The translations under genes were made by a program, and so were the position numbers. Under the pieces are notes generated by a model that made no database searches, had not been told where the DNA came from, and worked only from the letters and a program-made list of their open reading frames with translations. Positions 35,825-45,545 of a stretch of 64,000 nucleotides of DNA are shown one piece after another (the first letter of the stretch is position 1; the number at the start of each line of letters is the position of its first letter). This DNA is from Dehalococcoidia bacterium (GTDB taxonomy: Bacteria; Chloroflexota; Dehalococcoidia; Lucifugimonadales; QGNO01): positions 287,098-351,097 of the forward strand of contig CBDCQF010000011.1 of the NCBI GenBank assembly GCA_965220545.1, given 5' to 3'.

Positions 35825-36243
35825 TTAGCCAAAGGTGTGCTTGTCCAACCAGCTAAGTTGTTCACCGATTTTCAAGCCTTCCATAGGAACGGAAACACTT
35901 ACGCCCCTTTGCTGCAGAGCAGGTTTCAAGAATTGCCTGTATCGCTGGCCCGCTAGAAAAACCAGACCTCCGGCGGCATTCAGATGTGGCTCCAGTTGTG
36001 ACAGTACCTCTTTCGCCCACAGGCGGCGATCCCGAACTCCCATAGTGTTCAGCGTCAGGTCGTACGGCGCGATGGGTTGGTCGGGGTGGACGAGGCCGTA
36101 TTTGGCCGACAGGATGAATCAGGGTTGGCCCTTACGTTCCACGTAGGAACGGGCTTTGCGAAACAATGAAGAAGTGTAAATATCTTTGGCGGGGGCAATA
36201 ACGGGCAGTTTCTGGCTCACGCACGAACCAGATAGAGGGGCAT
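35825..36243 (-). pseudogene. decayed 'ILSAKYGL'-motif gene (DUF6884-like, family name from memory) with frameshift plus nonsense codon
   Basis: ATG (comp. 36241-36243, GGAG RBS) gives MPLYLV, then the frame is lost by 1 nt in a T-run near 36228. The continuation reads ..SCVSQKLPVIAPAKDIYTSSLFRKARSYVERKGQP-TGA(comp. 36119-36121)-FILSAKYGLVHPDQPIAPYDLTL..LAGQRY..PMEGLKIGEQLSWL. Confidence 0.65.
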
Positions 36244-36297
36244 GAAGAACTCCTAGGTCTAGGTACTTAGGTTCTGTTGCATTTGCGGGGTAGCCTC

Positions 36298-36933
36298 CTA
36301 TACCGGATAGAGAGAGTCCAACTGCTCAAGCGAGCGGAGTACCTTTGCAAGTGCTCGTCTTTCTTCTGGCGTAGCACCTGCAATCATGCTGGCTAAGCGC
36401 ATGATAGAGAGCCCGTTCCCACCAATTCCTTCTCGGAGAGGTCGACCGTTGCGGTCTCGTCCTTTAGCGAACACCACCGGAGCGTCACCATCCCCCCAAG
36501 TGAATAGATGCGCCAAATCCTCTTCCGTACGTACCTCTATGACCACCACATCGACGCCGCGCCTCATAAGCGTTTCCAACTTCTCTTTCTTCGCCTTGGT
36601 CGGAGATGATGTGTTGACCACTTCGATAATGCGGTAGGGCTTGTCGTCAAAGCCGTAAAGGATGAGGTCGGGAACAATGCCACCGACCGAATCCCACTCG
36701 TCGGGTATCTTCACTCGCTCAATGCCTTCTCCAAGGTCCTGAAAGTATTCCTGTCCATCTAGGCTGAAACACCGCGCAAAGACTGGAGACATGCCCGGCC
36801 GCCGTGTACCTTTCCTTGGGTTTCCCTCATACGGTATCCGCGGCTCCGGCTTAAATTCGCCATAGGCCCCATGTAATGCCTCGTATATCATCTTAACCGC
36901 TCTCTCGTGAATGAAGCCTGGTCGTGTCATCAC
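36298..36933 (-). CDS. hypothetical protein with PD-(D/E)xK / CoiA-like nuclease signature
   Basis: 211 aa in a low-G+C stretch. The pattern HERAVK...PDLILY...IIEVVNTSSPTKAKKEKLETLMRRGVDVVVIEV resembles the H..K / PD / E-x-x-x-S core of CoiA-like restriction-fold proteins. The assignment is weak. Confidence 0.45.
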   Translation of the reverse strand: MMTRPGFIHERAVKMIYEALHGAYGEFKPEPRIPYEGNPRKGTRRPGMSPVFARCFSLDGQEYFQDLGEGIERVKIPDEWDSVGGIVPDLILYGFDDKPYRIIEVVNTSSPTKAKKEKLETLMRRGVDVVVIEVRTEEDLAHLFTWGDGDAPVVFAKGRDRNGRPLREGIGGNGLSIMRLASMIAGATPEERRALAKVLRSLEQLDSLYPV

Positions 36934-37071
36934 TACTTTTCCTTTCTCACTTGGGTCTTTCTACCCGTGAATGCAACAGAACCGGTAGTTGTGATCATCG
37001 TAGCAGTTAATCCTAAGTAAGGACATAGAAGTCCTGCGAGGATTTACTGCCTCATTTAGCATGAATTTTGA

Positions 37072-37623
37072 CTACATGCTAGAATGTCGAGTCTCTTTCT
37101 TGAGGGTATATCTAAATGGTGCGTAGGCTATTCTTTGTATTGCTAATTTCTTCTGCGTTCCTGTTGCTTGGCTGCGAAGGCCCGCAGGGTGAACAGGGCA
37201 AGTCCGTCTCCACACAGGCGCAGTACGCCAAAGCCTGAGGCCGCCCGCGCCGACTATAGGCGGTAGAATGGCATCCACTATCGCCCAGATGGTGTAGTTC
37301 TCTAGGCTGCCGTGGCTCACTAGGCTGGCTGTCCAGTTCGAGAAGAACAGCAACGACAGCACGATGGTGGAGAAGAAGTAGACGTTTACGCTCACGTAAC
37401 GCTTCAGGTCGGCGTCCTTTCCAGCCTTGCACAGTTGCCACATATCAAGGGAGCTTGCGGCGATTATTATCAGAATTGCACCCGCCCTGAAGTAGCCTAG
37501 GACGTGCCATACGGGGTACCCGGTGTCGTCGTCGAAGAAGAAGGGTGTAAGGATGAAGGTCACGGCGACAGCAAGGGCTACCACTATGGCATAGGCTCCC
37601 AGAATCCGCTTGAGTGTGTGCAT
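37072..37623 (-). CDS. hypothetical integral membrane protein (about 4 TM)
   Basis: The start is preferred at MHTLKRILG (GGGAG 5 nt upstream). Hydrophobic segments are AYAIVVALAVAVTFIL, AGAILIIIAASSL, VYFFSTIVLSLLFF and IWAIVDAILPPIVGAGG. I recognise no family. Confidence 0.45.
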   Translation of the reverse strand: MHTLKRILGAYAIVVALAVAVTFILTPFFFDDDTGYPVWHVLGYFRAGAILIIIAASSLDMWQLCKAGKDADLKRYVSVNVYFFSTIVLSLLFFSNWTASLVSHGSLENYTIWAIVDAILPPIVGAGGLRLWRTAPVWRRTCPVHPAGLRSQATGTQKKLAIQRIAYAPFRYTLKKETRHSSM

Positions 37624-37880
37624 TTGATCTCCCGCTGGCATCTATTAGGTGCGCTCAATCAGCCCAGCGCCGCGACATGCTATATCAGTTCACTCAATGG
37701 TATCAATTATCCAACGCGTACATCGCTAGACTCGATACTCCCTTCACCGTAGAGCTGCTGAGGTGGTTGAAAGACGGGCGTTTTGCACTTCTCTCAGAAG
37801 ACAACCCCGCATTGACGCTGCGCAGAGGCGGCCTTACTCTGTAACCGTACGCACTGACAAGACAAGAAAGGGGGACATCC

Positions 37881-38303
37881 ATGACTCTCAACACCTATCT
37901 CCACTTCAACGGCAACTGCCGCGAGGCGTTCGAGTTCTATCGCTCTGTGTTTGGCGGTGAGTTCACCTTCATGGAGACCATGGAGGGCGGCCCTCCCGAC
38001 ATGGGCGTCCCGGAGTCGGAGAAGCACCTGATAATGCACGTATCGTTGCCCATAGGCGACAGCGTGCTCATGGGCAGCGACGTACCGTCCATGTTCGGTC
38101 CGCCCCCGGTCATGGGCAGCAACTTCTCCATCGCCTATACGACTCAGAGCAGGGAGGAGGTGGACGCCCTCCTGGCCAAGCTGTCCGATGGAGGGGTAGT
38201 GACCATGGACGCGCAGGAGATGTTCTGGGGCTCCTACTTTGGCGCATGCACCGACAAGTTCGGCATAGGCTGGATGGTCGACTACGAAATCCCCAGCCAG
38301 TAG
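37881..38303 (+). CDS. VOC (glyoxalase/PhnB-like) family protein
   Basis: MTLNTYLHFNGNCREAFEFYRSVFGG.. ..MFWGSYFGACTDKFGIGWMV.. is typical of PhnB-like VOC proteins. Confidence 0.8.
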   Translation: MTLNTYLHFNGNCREAFEFYRSVFGGEFTFMETMEGGPPDMGVPESEKHLIMHVSLPIGDSVLMGSDVPSMFGPPPVMGSNFSIAYTTQSREEVDALLAKLSDGGVVTMDAQEMFWGSYFGACTDKFGIGWMVDYEIPSQ

Positions 38304-38537
38304 GGACGGCCTGGCTCACTCCCTTCCCTTCGACTAGGCTCAGGGTGAACTCCCCATCACCCCTGGATACCCGCCGCCGCGGGTATGACGGAGGCGTGGG
38401 GCAAGTTCCAATTGACACGCTCATTGCCTGGCAATACACTTTTTATACAGGCCATATTTAAGCGCGGCTAGCTACAGGAACAGTCGGGGAGAGTCTTCAG
38501 GCTCTCCCTTCATTCTGTTACATGGAGGAGGGAATCG

Positions 38538-39770
38538 ATGGGAGTCCTTGCACAGGCCGATCCTGAAATCGCTCAGGTCATAGAGAATGAGGAGATGCGA
38601 CAGAGGCGCAATCTTGTTCTCATCGCCTCGGAAAACTACGTAAGCCAGGCGGTAAGGGAAGCCCAGGGATCCGTCCTGACGAACAAGTACGCTGAAGGCT
38701 ACCCGGGCCGGCGCTATTACGGCGGTTGTGAGTACGTGGACATAGCGGAGAACCTTGCCAGAGACCGTCTGAAGAAGCTGTTCGGCGCTGAGCACGCCAA
38801 TGTCCAACCTCACAGCGGCGCTCAGGCGAACATGGCCGTTTATTTTGCCCTATTGCAACCCGGCGATACAGTCCTTGGCATGCGGCTGGACCAGGGCGGC
38901 CACCTTACCCACGGCAGCAGGGTGAACTTCTCCGGCAGGCTGTACAACTTTGTCTCCTACGGCGTCACCCGCGAAACCGAGCTTATAGATTACGACGAGG
39001 TGGAACGGCTGGCCAAGGAGCACCGGCCCAAGGTCATAGTTACGGGAGCCACCGCCTATTCACGGACCATAGACTTTGCCCGATTCCGAGCCGTTGCGGA
39101 TGAAGTGGGCGCAATTCTCTTGGTGGACATTGCCCACACGGCCGGCTTGATAGCCGCGGGCGCTCATCCTTCCTGCGTTCCCCACGCCCAGGTGGTCACG
39201 TCTACGACGCACAAGACGCTCAGAGGGCCCAGGGGAGCTTTGATCATGTGCAATGAAGATCTGGCGCGCTCCATAGACAGCGCCGTTTTCCCCCTGGTGC
39301 AAGGGGGGCCTATGATGCACACCATAGCGGGCAAAGCGGTGGCCTTCGGCGAAGCTCTCAAACCGGAGTTCTCCGATTACGGGCACAAAGTGGTGGAAAA
39401 TGCTCGGACGCTAGCCAGGTCGTTGGAAGACGGCGGACTGCGCATAGTATCGGGCGGCACGGACAATCACCTGATACTAGTGGATCTCACGTCCATGGGC
39501 ATCACAGGCCAGGAAGCTGAAGATGCGCTGGGAAAGGTCTATATCACAGTCAACAAGAATGCCATCCCATTTGATAGCAGGCCTCCACGAGTGACCAGCG
39601 GGCTCAGGTTGGGTACGGCCGCACTGACGACAAGGGGATTTGGGACTGAAGAGATGGTGGAGGTGGGGCGCCTCATAATTGAAACGCTGACAAACATAGG
39701 GAATGAAGCCATACAAGAGGATGTGCGCAGGGAGGTGCAAGGCCTTTCATCCGGCTTCCCCGTACCATAG
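38538..39770 (+). CDS. glyA: serine hydroxymethyltransferase
   Basis: ..[40 protein letters not shown].. Confidence 0.92.
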   Translation: MGVLAQADPEIAQVIENEEMRQRRNLVLIASENYVSQAVREAQGSVLTNKYAEGYPGRRYYGGCEYVDIAENLARDRLKKLFGAEHANVQPHSGAQANMAVYFALLQPGDTVLGMRLDQGGHLTHGSRVNFSGRLYNFVSYGVTRETELIDYDEVERLAKEHRPKVIVTGATAYSRTIDFARFRAVADEVGAILLVDIAHTAGLIAAGAHPSCVPHAQVVTSTTHKTLRGPRGALIMCNEDLARSIDSAVFPLVQGGPMMHTIAGKAVAFGEALKPEFSDYGHKVVENARTLARSLEDGGLRIVSGGTDNHLILVDLTSMGITGQEAEDALGKVYITVNKNAIPFDSRPPRVTSGLRLGTAALTTRGFGTEEMVEVGRLIIETLTNIGNEAIQEDVRREVQGLSSGFPVP

Positions 39771-39823
39771 GATTATGGAGGCCTGATGGGGGACTTGCGA
39801 AATATGCGGCGCCTGGCGAATCG

Positions 39824-39832
39824 TGTTATAAT
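39824..39832 (+). promoter_or_regulatory. candidate extended -10 promoter (TGTTATAAT) for rpsF-ssb-rpsR
   Basis: TGn plus TATAAT at 39827-39832, about 60 nt upstream of the rpsF GTG. Confidence 0.4.
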
Positions 39833-39891
39833 CTCGCACTGTGCCGCGTCGAGGGACATCTCAATAAATTAAAGAGGAGTTGAACTGCGGA

Positions 39892-40179
39892 GTGCGTGAA
39901 TACGAACTGGTAATAGTGATTAGCCCGGAAGTTGAAGAAGAGGCTGCCACCGGCGTGGTGGAGCGTGTAGGCAAGTTCATCACGGACCGGGGCGGAGAGA
40001 TAACAAACCAGGACAACTGGGGAACTCAAAGGCTGGCGTATCCCATTCAAGACTACCGGGAAGGGAACTACGTTCTGACACAGTTCAACTCTGAACCCGC
40101 CGCGGCCAAAGAGTTGGATGACGCCCTGAGAGCGTACCAGGAAGTCATCAGGTATCTTGTGATGAAGAGAGAAGACTAG
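39892..40179 (+). CDS. rpsF: 30S ribosomal protein S6
   Basis: GTG at 39892 behind AGAGGAG. The product reads VREYELVIVISPEV..WGTQRLAYPIQDYREGNYVLTQF. Confidence 0.9.
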   Translation: MREYELVIVISPEVEEEAATGVVERVGKFITDRGGEITNQDNWGTQRLAYPIQDYREGNYVLTQFNSEPAAAKELDDALRAYQEVIRYLVMKRED

Positions 40180-40206
40180 CCTAGGAGCAAAGCGGAGATA
40201 TAGGGA

Positions 40207-40608
40207 ATGCTCAACAAGATCATGGTAATTGGCAATCTGGGCACTGACCCTGAAATGCGCTACACACCCAGTGGAAGTGCGGTGACCAACTTTAGTCTGG
40301 CTACAAACAGGTCGTACACCACTTCCGATGGCGAGCGTAGAGAGGAAACGGAGTGGTTTAGAATAGTAGCCTGGAACCAGCTGGCGGAGCAGGTCAACCA
40401 GTACCTGTCCAAGGGCCGCAAGGCATACGTGGAAGGACGGCTGCGCAGCAGCAGCTGGGAGGGACAGGACGGTCAGACACGGTTCCGCAACGAAATAATT
40501 GCCAACACGGTTTTGTTCTTGGACAGAGCTCCAGGGGCGCAATCTCAGGAGGGTGGTTTCCAGGATGGGCCGGGGGGCCAGGTAGACCCGGATGACCTGC
40601 CTTTCTAG
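40207..40608 (+). CDS. ssb: single-stranded DNA-binding protein
   Basis: MLNKIMVIGNLGTDPEMRYTPSGSAVTNFSLATN.. with the acidic tail ..DPDDLPF. Confidence 0.92.
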   Translation: MLNKIMVIGNLGTDPEMRYTPSGSAVTNFSLATNRSYTTSDGERREETEWFRIVAWNQLAEQVNQYLSKGRKAYVEGRLRSSSWEGQDGQTRFRNEIIANTVLFLDRAPGAQSQEGGFQDGPGGQVDPDDLPF

Positions 40609-40635
40609 CAGCAAAGTAAGAGGAGTAATGAACGC

Positions 40636-40896
40636 ATGACCCAGAGGGCGAGGGGCCGCCGTAGAGACGGCCCACGATATTACCAGCGTCGCAGAGTGTG
40701 CTCTTTTTGCGTCGATAAGATGGAGTACATAGATTACAAGAACATCTCCAGGATCCGGCGCTATCTTTCGGACAGGGCTAGGATAGAGCCTCGTCGTAAG
40801 ACGGGCACCTGCGCCAAGCACCAGCGGGGTCTGGCGCTGGCTTTGAAACGCGCCCGGCACTTGGCTATGCTTCCTTTCACCGGAGAGCATGGCTAG
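40636..40896 (+). CDS. rpsR: 30S ribosomal protein S18
   Basis: ..CSFCVDKMEYIDYKNISRIRRYLSDRARIEPRRKTGTCAKHQR.LA.A.KRAR.. Confidence 0.9.
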   Translation: MTQRARGRRRDGPRYYQRRRVCSFCVDKMEYIDYKNISRIRRYLSDRARIEPRRKTGTCAKHQRGLALALKRARHLAMLPFTGEHG

Positions 40897-40981
40897 ATGA
40901 GCACCGCGTTCCGGCGCAGGGCGCATCCCGTACCGTCTCCGGGGTATGTATTGCTGATATGAGAATCAGGTTGGTTATTGG

Positions 40982-42031
40982 ATGACTACAAACGCCCGCA
41001 ATCAAGAGGCCAGAGTACCCACGCGTAGAAGGCAAGCAACTCGCAGGCTGCAAGAGAGGCGGCGTCAGCGGCGGTTACTGCTGTTTGCCGCAGCCGTGGT
41101 GCTGCTGGTGCTCGCTATCCCGGCTGTCGGTTACTACGTCACGTTCGTGTTGCCACCCCAGCAAGTAATCGTCAACGTGAATGACGTGGAACGGACTATG
41201 GGTGAAATGGTGGACCGCGCCAGGGCAAGAGTGGCGTCCCAGGTTGAGGCCGGCGCCCAACCTCAGATAGCCAACGTGCCGTTTGAGGTTCTCACCAGCC
41301 TTGTGGACGAGGAGCTTCTCACCCAAGGCGCGCCTCAGGTTGGCGTAACCGTTACCAGGGATGACGTTGATGAGGAAATAAGGTCTACTTTTTATCCGAG
41401 GCCCGCTCCCGGAGAGGAGCAGGACCCCGATGCCCTGGAGAGGGAGTTCCAGCAGAGATACACCGACTTCCTGACTATCTCGCAGCTTTCCGATGAGACA
41501 TACAGACAAATAGCCAGATCCAATATCCTGCGCACACGGATACGCGAAATAGTAGGCCAGGAAGTACCTTCGTTGGAGGAGTCCGTATACGTTCACTGGA
41601 TTAGGGTCAGCGACGAAGCGGTGGCGGCTGAGGTCGTTGACAGGCTGGAGGCCGGCGAGGAGTTCGATGCTCTGGCTCGTGAATACAACCAGGACACCGT
41701 ATGGGCGGACCACGATGGATTGGTGGGCTGGGTGCCCAGGGGCGCTTTCTTCGAGCTGGAGGAGACGCTGTTTAGCATTGAACACGGAGTGTATTCCCAC
41801 CCGCTGAGGACGCGCGCCGGCGTTCACGTGCTCAAAGTCACCGATGGGCCCGAGATTGTTGAAGTCAACGATAATATGAGAGAGGTCTTGAAGACCCGGG
41901 CGTTGGAAAACTGGCTGGATGAACAGCGCAACAGCAACAGAGTAGACGTAAACTTCGATTCGAGCGACTACGATTGGGTCATCAGCAAGATAGTAGAGTT
42001 GACCAACATATCTCGGTCCCTAGACAGTTAG
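40982..42031 (+). CDS. membrane-anchored peptidyl-prolyl isomerase (SurA-N plus parvulin domain)
   Basis: N-terminal Arg-rich segment plus a TM (LLLFAAAVVLLVLAIPAVGYYV). C-terminal parvulin region ..EFDALAREYNQD..GLVGWVPRG..GVHVLKV.. Confidence 0.7.
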   Translation: MTTNARNQEARVPTRRRQATRRLQERRRQRRLLLFAAAVVLLVLAIPAVGYYVTFVLPPQQVIVNVNDVERTMGEMVDRARARVASQVEAGAQPQIANVPFEVLTSLVDEELLTQGAPQVGVTVTRDDVDEEIRSTFYPRPAPGEEQDPDALEREFQQRYTDFLTISQLSDETYRQIARSNILRTRIREIVGQEVPSLEESVYVHWIRVSDEAVAAEVVDRLEAGEEFDALAREYNQDTVWADHDGLVGWVPRGAFFELEETLFSIEHGVYSHPLRTRAGVHVLKVTDGPEIVEVNDNMREVLKTRALENWLDEQRNSNRVDVNFDSSDYDWVISKIVELTNISRSLDS

Positions 42032-42095
42032 GCGCTGTCATACTGGCTTTCAGGCATCCTAGTTCAAGAGGCAGCGAAGTCTCCTTGACATCCGT

Positions 42096-43400
42096 ATGAA
42101 CGGCAAAAGCAAAATTGGAGTAGGTCTGCTTGGCTTGGGCGTGGTCGGGTCCCAGGTTGCCCAAACACTCCTGAGCAAACCCGAGCGCTGGGCGCAGCAC
42201 GTGGGACGCCCTCTGGAGCTTCATGGTGTCCTGGTGCGCGATCCCGCCAGAGAGCGTCGTTTGTCCATAGAACCCGAACTGTTGACCACGGATCCCGCTT
42301 CGCTGATTGATAATCCGGACGTGGACATAATAGTTGAGCTTATGGGCGGCGTGGATCCGGCTGTCAGACACCTTCGTGCTGCCCTGGAAAATGGTAAGCA
42401 CGTTGTTACCGCAAACAAAGAGGTCATGGCCACCTCCGGTCAGGAGCTTTTGCAGCTTGCGGAGGAAGCCGGGCTCAATCTTCTATACGAAGCGAGCGTA
42501 GCGGGGGGGATACCCATCATAGGTCCCTTGCGCAAAGACCTTCTGGCCAACGAATTCACCTCTCTCCATGCCATCATAAACGGCACGACCAACTACATAT
42601 TGACCCGGATGTCGCAAGATGGGTTGGACTTTGAATCCGCTTTGCGCAACGCCCAAGCGCTGGGCTATGCCGAACCTGACCCGACCAACGACGTTGAAGG
42701 CATAGATGCCGCTTACAAGCTGGCCGTTCTGACATCGCTTGCCTTTCATACCCAGGTTTCTGATCAGGACATATACAGGGAAGGAATTTCTGGCCTGGCT
42801 CCCAGGGATTTTCAATACGCCAGGGAGTTTGGCTTTGAAATCAAGCTGCTGGGAATAGCGCTCCGCAAGGACAACGAGCTGTCCTTGCGCGTTCATCCTG
42901 CCCTGGTGCCCCAGGAGCATCTGCTGGCCAAGGTAGACGGCGCTTTCAATGCCGTCGAATTCGAGGGCGATCTAGTAGGCCGCGTGGTATTTCACGGCCA
43001 GGGCGCTGGCCCTGAACCTACCAGCAGCGCCGTACTTGGTGATATCCTGGAAGCGGCCAGGGGTATCGTCATTGGGAGAAAACCCCCTCAACGAGGCGCT
43101 TTGAACCATGGATTGAGGGTTGTCCCGTTGGAAGAACTGGCTACCGAGTATTACGTTAGAATGACACTGGCTGATCGCGCCGGTGTGCTGGCCAGGTTAA
43201 CCGCTATCTTGGGGGAACTGGACATCAGCATAGCCTCGGTTATTCAGAAAAGCGCCGACCCGGATGGCAAAACCGCGGAATTCGTGGTGATGACTCACAC
43301 CTCGCGTGAATCACATGTTAGGGAAGCAATCCGGCAGATGGAGAGTCTGGAGGCGGTCAGAGAGGTGAGCAGTCTGATCAGGGTTGAGCGGTGGACTTGA
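42096..43400 (+). CDS. hom: homoserine dehydrogenase
   Basis: ..VGLLGLGVVGS..VVTANK..LYEASVAGGIPII..GI.NGTTNYILT.. plus a C-terminal ACT domain. Confidence 0.9.
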   Translation: MNGKSKIGVGLLGLGVVGSQVAQTLLSKPERWAQHVGRPLELHGVLVRDPARERRLSIEPELLTTDPASLIDNPDVDIIVELMGGVDPAVRHLRAALENGKHVVTANKEVMATSGQELLQLAEEAGLNLLYEASVAGGIPIIGPLRKDLLANEFTSLHAIINGTTNYILTRMSQDGLDFESALRNAQALGYAEPDPTNDVEGIDAAYKLAVLTSLAFHTQVSDQDIYREGISGLAPRDFQYAREFGFEIKLLGIALRKDNELSLRVHPALVPQEHLLAKVDGAFNAVEFEGDLVGRVVFHGQGAGPEPTSSAVLGDILEAARGIVIGRKPPQRGALNHGLRVVPLEELATEYYVRMTLADRAGVLARLTAILGELDISIASVIQKSADPDGKTAEFVVMTHTSRESHVREAIRQMESLEAVREVSSLIRVERWT

Positions 43401-43428
43401 CGGTCAATGCTATTAGAGCGACAAGGAG

Positions 43429-44520
43429 ATGATGGATAGCGATAGCGGCATGTGGCCCTACCACGGGGTACTGCAGAGATACAGAGACCATCTGCCCGTT
43501 ACAAGCGAGACGCCCCTGATAAGCCTTGGCGAGGGCAATACACCCTTGGTGCGCTCGCGCTACGTGTCCCAGGAAGCAGGGTGCGAAGAGCTGTACTTCA
43601 AACTGGAGGGATGCAATCCCACAGGCTCTTTCAAAGACAGGGGTATGGTGGTTGCGGTTGCCAAGGCGCTGGAAGAGGGAAGCACCGCAATAGTTTGCGC
43701 CTCCACAGGCAACACCAGCGCCTCTGCCGCGGCTTACGGCGCTCACTGCGGCTTGAGGACGGTGGTGTTGGTGCCAAAGGGAAGCGTTGCCTCAGGCAAG
43801 CTGGCTCAGGCTATAGCTTACGGGGCACAGGTGCTGGTGGTGGACGGCAACTTTGATAGGACGTTGGAGCTGGTCAAACAGCTGGCCGCCGATCATCCCA
43901 TCACACTGGTCAACTCGCTCAATCCGCACCGTCTTCAGGGGCAGAAGACGGCGGCCTTTGAAGTGGTAGAGGCTATGGGAGAGGCTCCGGACTACCTGTT
44001 CATACCGGTAGGGAATGCAGGCAACATCAGCGCTTACTGGATGGGGTTTACTGAGTACTATCATCTGGAAAAGTCCATGGTGCTGCCCAAACTTATAGGT
44101 CTCCAGGCGGAGGGAGCGGCGCCCATAGTGAAGGGCGCTCCGGTGGCAAACCCGGAAACGGTGGCGTCTGCAATCCGCATTGGGAACCCGGCCAGCTGGG
44201 ACCTGGCCACCACGGCCCGCGATGAGTCGGGCGGAGCCATTGACACAGTCAGCGATGAAGAGATACTGGCTGCGTACAAGCTAATGGCCAACCGGGAGGG
44301 GATCTTCTGCGAACCCGCCTCGGCGGCCTCAGTGGCGGGTCTGCTCAAGATGACCGGCTCAGGCTTAGACCTCAAGGGCCGGCGAGTGGTCTGCGTCATC
44401 ACCGGTACCGGCCTCAAAGAACCGGAGCTAGCTTCTCAAGAGGCCGCTTCCTTACCCAAAGAGACCTCTGCCGAGATGCATACCGTTGAGGAAGCCCTGG
44501 GTCTTATTGCAGTCCACTGA
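43429..44520 (+). CDS. thrC: threonine synthase
   Basis: ..LKLEGCNPTGSFKDRGM.. (PLP lysine motif), ..CASTGNTSASAAAY.. The gene follows hom. Confidence 0.9.
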   Translation: MMDSDSGMWPYHGVLQRYRDHLPVTSETPLISLGEGNTPLVRSRYVSQEAGCEELYFKLEGCNPTGSFKDRGMVVAVAKALEEGSTAIVCASTGNTSASAAAYGAHCGLRTVVLVPKGSVASGKLAQAIAYGAQVLVVDGNFDRTLELVKQLAADHPITLVNSLNPHRLQGQKTAAFEVVEAMGEAPDYLFIPVGNAGNISAYWMGFTEYYHLEKSMVLPKLIGLQAEGAAPIVKGAPVANPETVASAIRIGNPASWDLATTARDESGGAIDTVSDEEILAAYKLMANREGIFCEPASAASVAGLLKMTGSGLDLKGRRVVCVITGTGLKEPELASQEAASLPKETSAEMHTVEEALGLIAVH

Positions 44521-44547
44521 CCTGATAACATCCCGAATGGAGCGTCC

Positions 44548-45528
44548 ATGACACTTCGCATATCTGAAGAGAACCTGCCTGAGCTTTGGGAAGAGTGGGC
44601 GGCTCTCCTGGACTCTTGCGTACAGCCCACCGTCTTCCAGACTCCAATCTGGCATCAGCTATGGTGGGACGAATTCTCCGGAGACGCCAAGCTCCATCTG
44701 CTGGCGGCCAGAGAGGACGGCAAGCTGGTGGGCGTGGCCCCGTTCATGTCCTGCGACGATGGCAGACTCATGTTTGTAGGCGACGAGGACCTCTGGGACT
44801 ATCACAAAATCGTGGTGGACGGCTCCAAGTCGGAAGAGTTCTATCATGCGCTCTTCAGCTATTTGACGGAAGCAGAGTGGTCTACTTTGGACTTGCGTTC
44901 GCTTCTGGAAACCTCTTCCACGTATCGGAAGTTCGTGGAGATGGCTAGAGCCTCGGCGTATAAGGTGGAGCTGACTGAAGAGGACGTCTCTCCTGGCGTA
45001 ACGCTTCCCGGCGATTGGGATGAATACCTGGCGACCCTGAGCAAGAAGGACAGGCATGAGCTGCGGCGCAAAATGAGACGTCTGGAGACGCGGGCCTCGT
45101 TCGACTACTACTCGGTCAGCGGAGCAGCTTCCACGAACGGGAGCCTGGACGACTTCTTTACACTGATGAGGGGCAGCCGCCAGGACAAGGCCATGTTTCT
45201 TACTTCCGAACGGGAACGGTTCTTCCGCCGCATGGCCAGTGAAATGGCCAAGGCGGGCTTCCTCAGGCTGTTCTTCATGGAAATAGACGGCGAGCGGGTG
45301 GCGGCCGCTTTGTGCTTTGACATAGGGAACGTCCGCTACCTGTACAACAGCGGATTCAACCAAGAGTTCGGTTTCTTGAGCGTGGGACTCCTTCTCAAGG
45401 CAATGTGCCTTAGAGACGCCATAGAGGGCGGTATGGACTACTTCGACTTTTTGCGCGGCAATGAACGTTACAAGTACGATCTGGGCGCAAAGGACGTTAC
45501 GCTGTACAGGATGGTGGTGCGGCGCTGA
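44548..45528 (+). CDS. GNAT-fold acetyltransferase (BioF2/CelD-like)
   Basis: 326 aa with ..VFQTPIWHQLWW.. and a C-terminal ..YLYNSGFNQEF..SVGLLL...DFLRGNERYKYDLGA.., typical of this family. Confidence 0.65.
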   Translation: MTLRISEENLPELWEEWAALLDSCVQPTVFQTPIWHQLWWDEFSGDAKLHLLAAREDGKLVGVAPFMSCDDGRLMFVGDEDLWDYHKIVVDGSKSEEFYHALFSYLTEAEWSTLDLRSLLETSSTYRKFVEMARASAYKVELTEEDVSPGVTLPGDWDEYLATLSKKDRHELRRKMRRLETRASFDYYSVSGAASTNGSLDDFFTLMRGSRQDKAMFLTSERERFFRRMASEMAKAGFLRLFFMEIDGERVAAALCFDIGNVRYLYNSGFNQEFGFLSVGLLLKAMCLRDAIEGGMDYFDFLRGNERYKYDLGAKDVTLYRMVVRR

Positions 45529-45545
45529 CTCGCTGCCCAGGTGGA

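Noticed and set aside
36119-36121. The in-frame TGA in the ILSAKYGL-family gene, considered as selenocysteine or as a sign of an alternative genetic code (TGA = Trp).
   Set aside because: TGA terminates many confidently identified genes here, for example darT. The position corresponds to a conserved Trp, not Cys. The same gene also has an upstream frameshift, so pseudogenisation is the simpler reading.
38472-38813. A 113-aa minus-strand ORF overlapping the glyA 5' end, and the GGGAGAG/CTCTCCC hairpin at about 38494-38516 considered as a glyA attenuator.
   Set aside because: The ORF is antisense to glyA and has no motifs. The hairpin lacks a U-tract and I cannot match it to a known leader, so the evidence is too weak to report.
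39826-40926. A 366-aa minus-strand ORF spanning the whole rpsF-ssb-rpsR region.
   Set aside because: It is antisense to three universally conserved genes that I could read motif by motif. Its product is Arg/Leu/Pro/Ser-rich low-complexity sequence, typical of stop-free antisense frames in GC-rich DNA.
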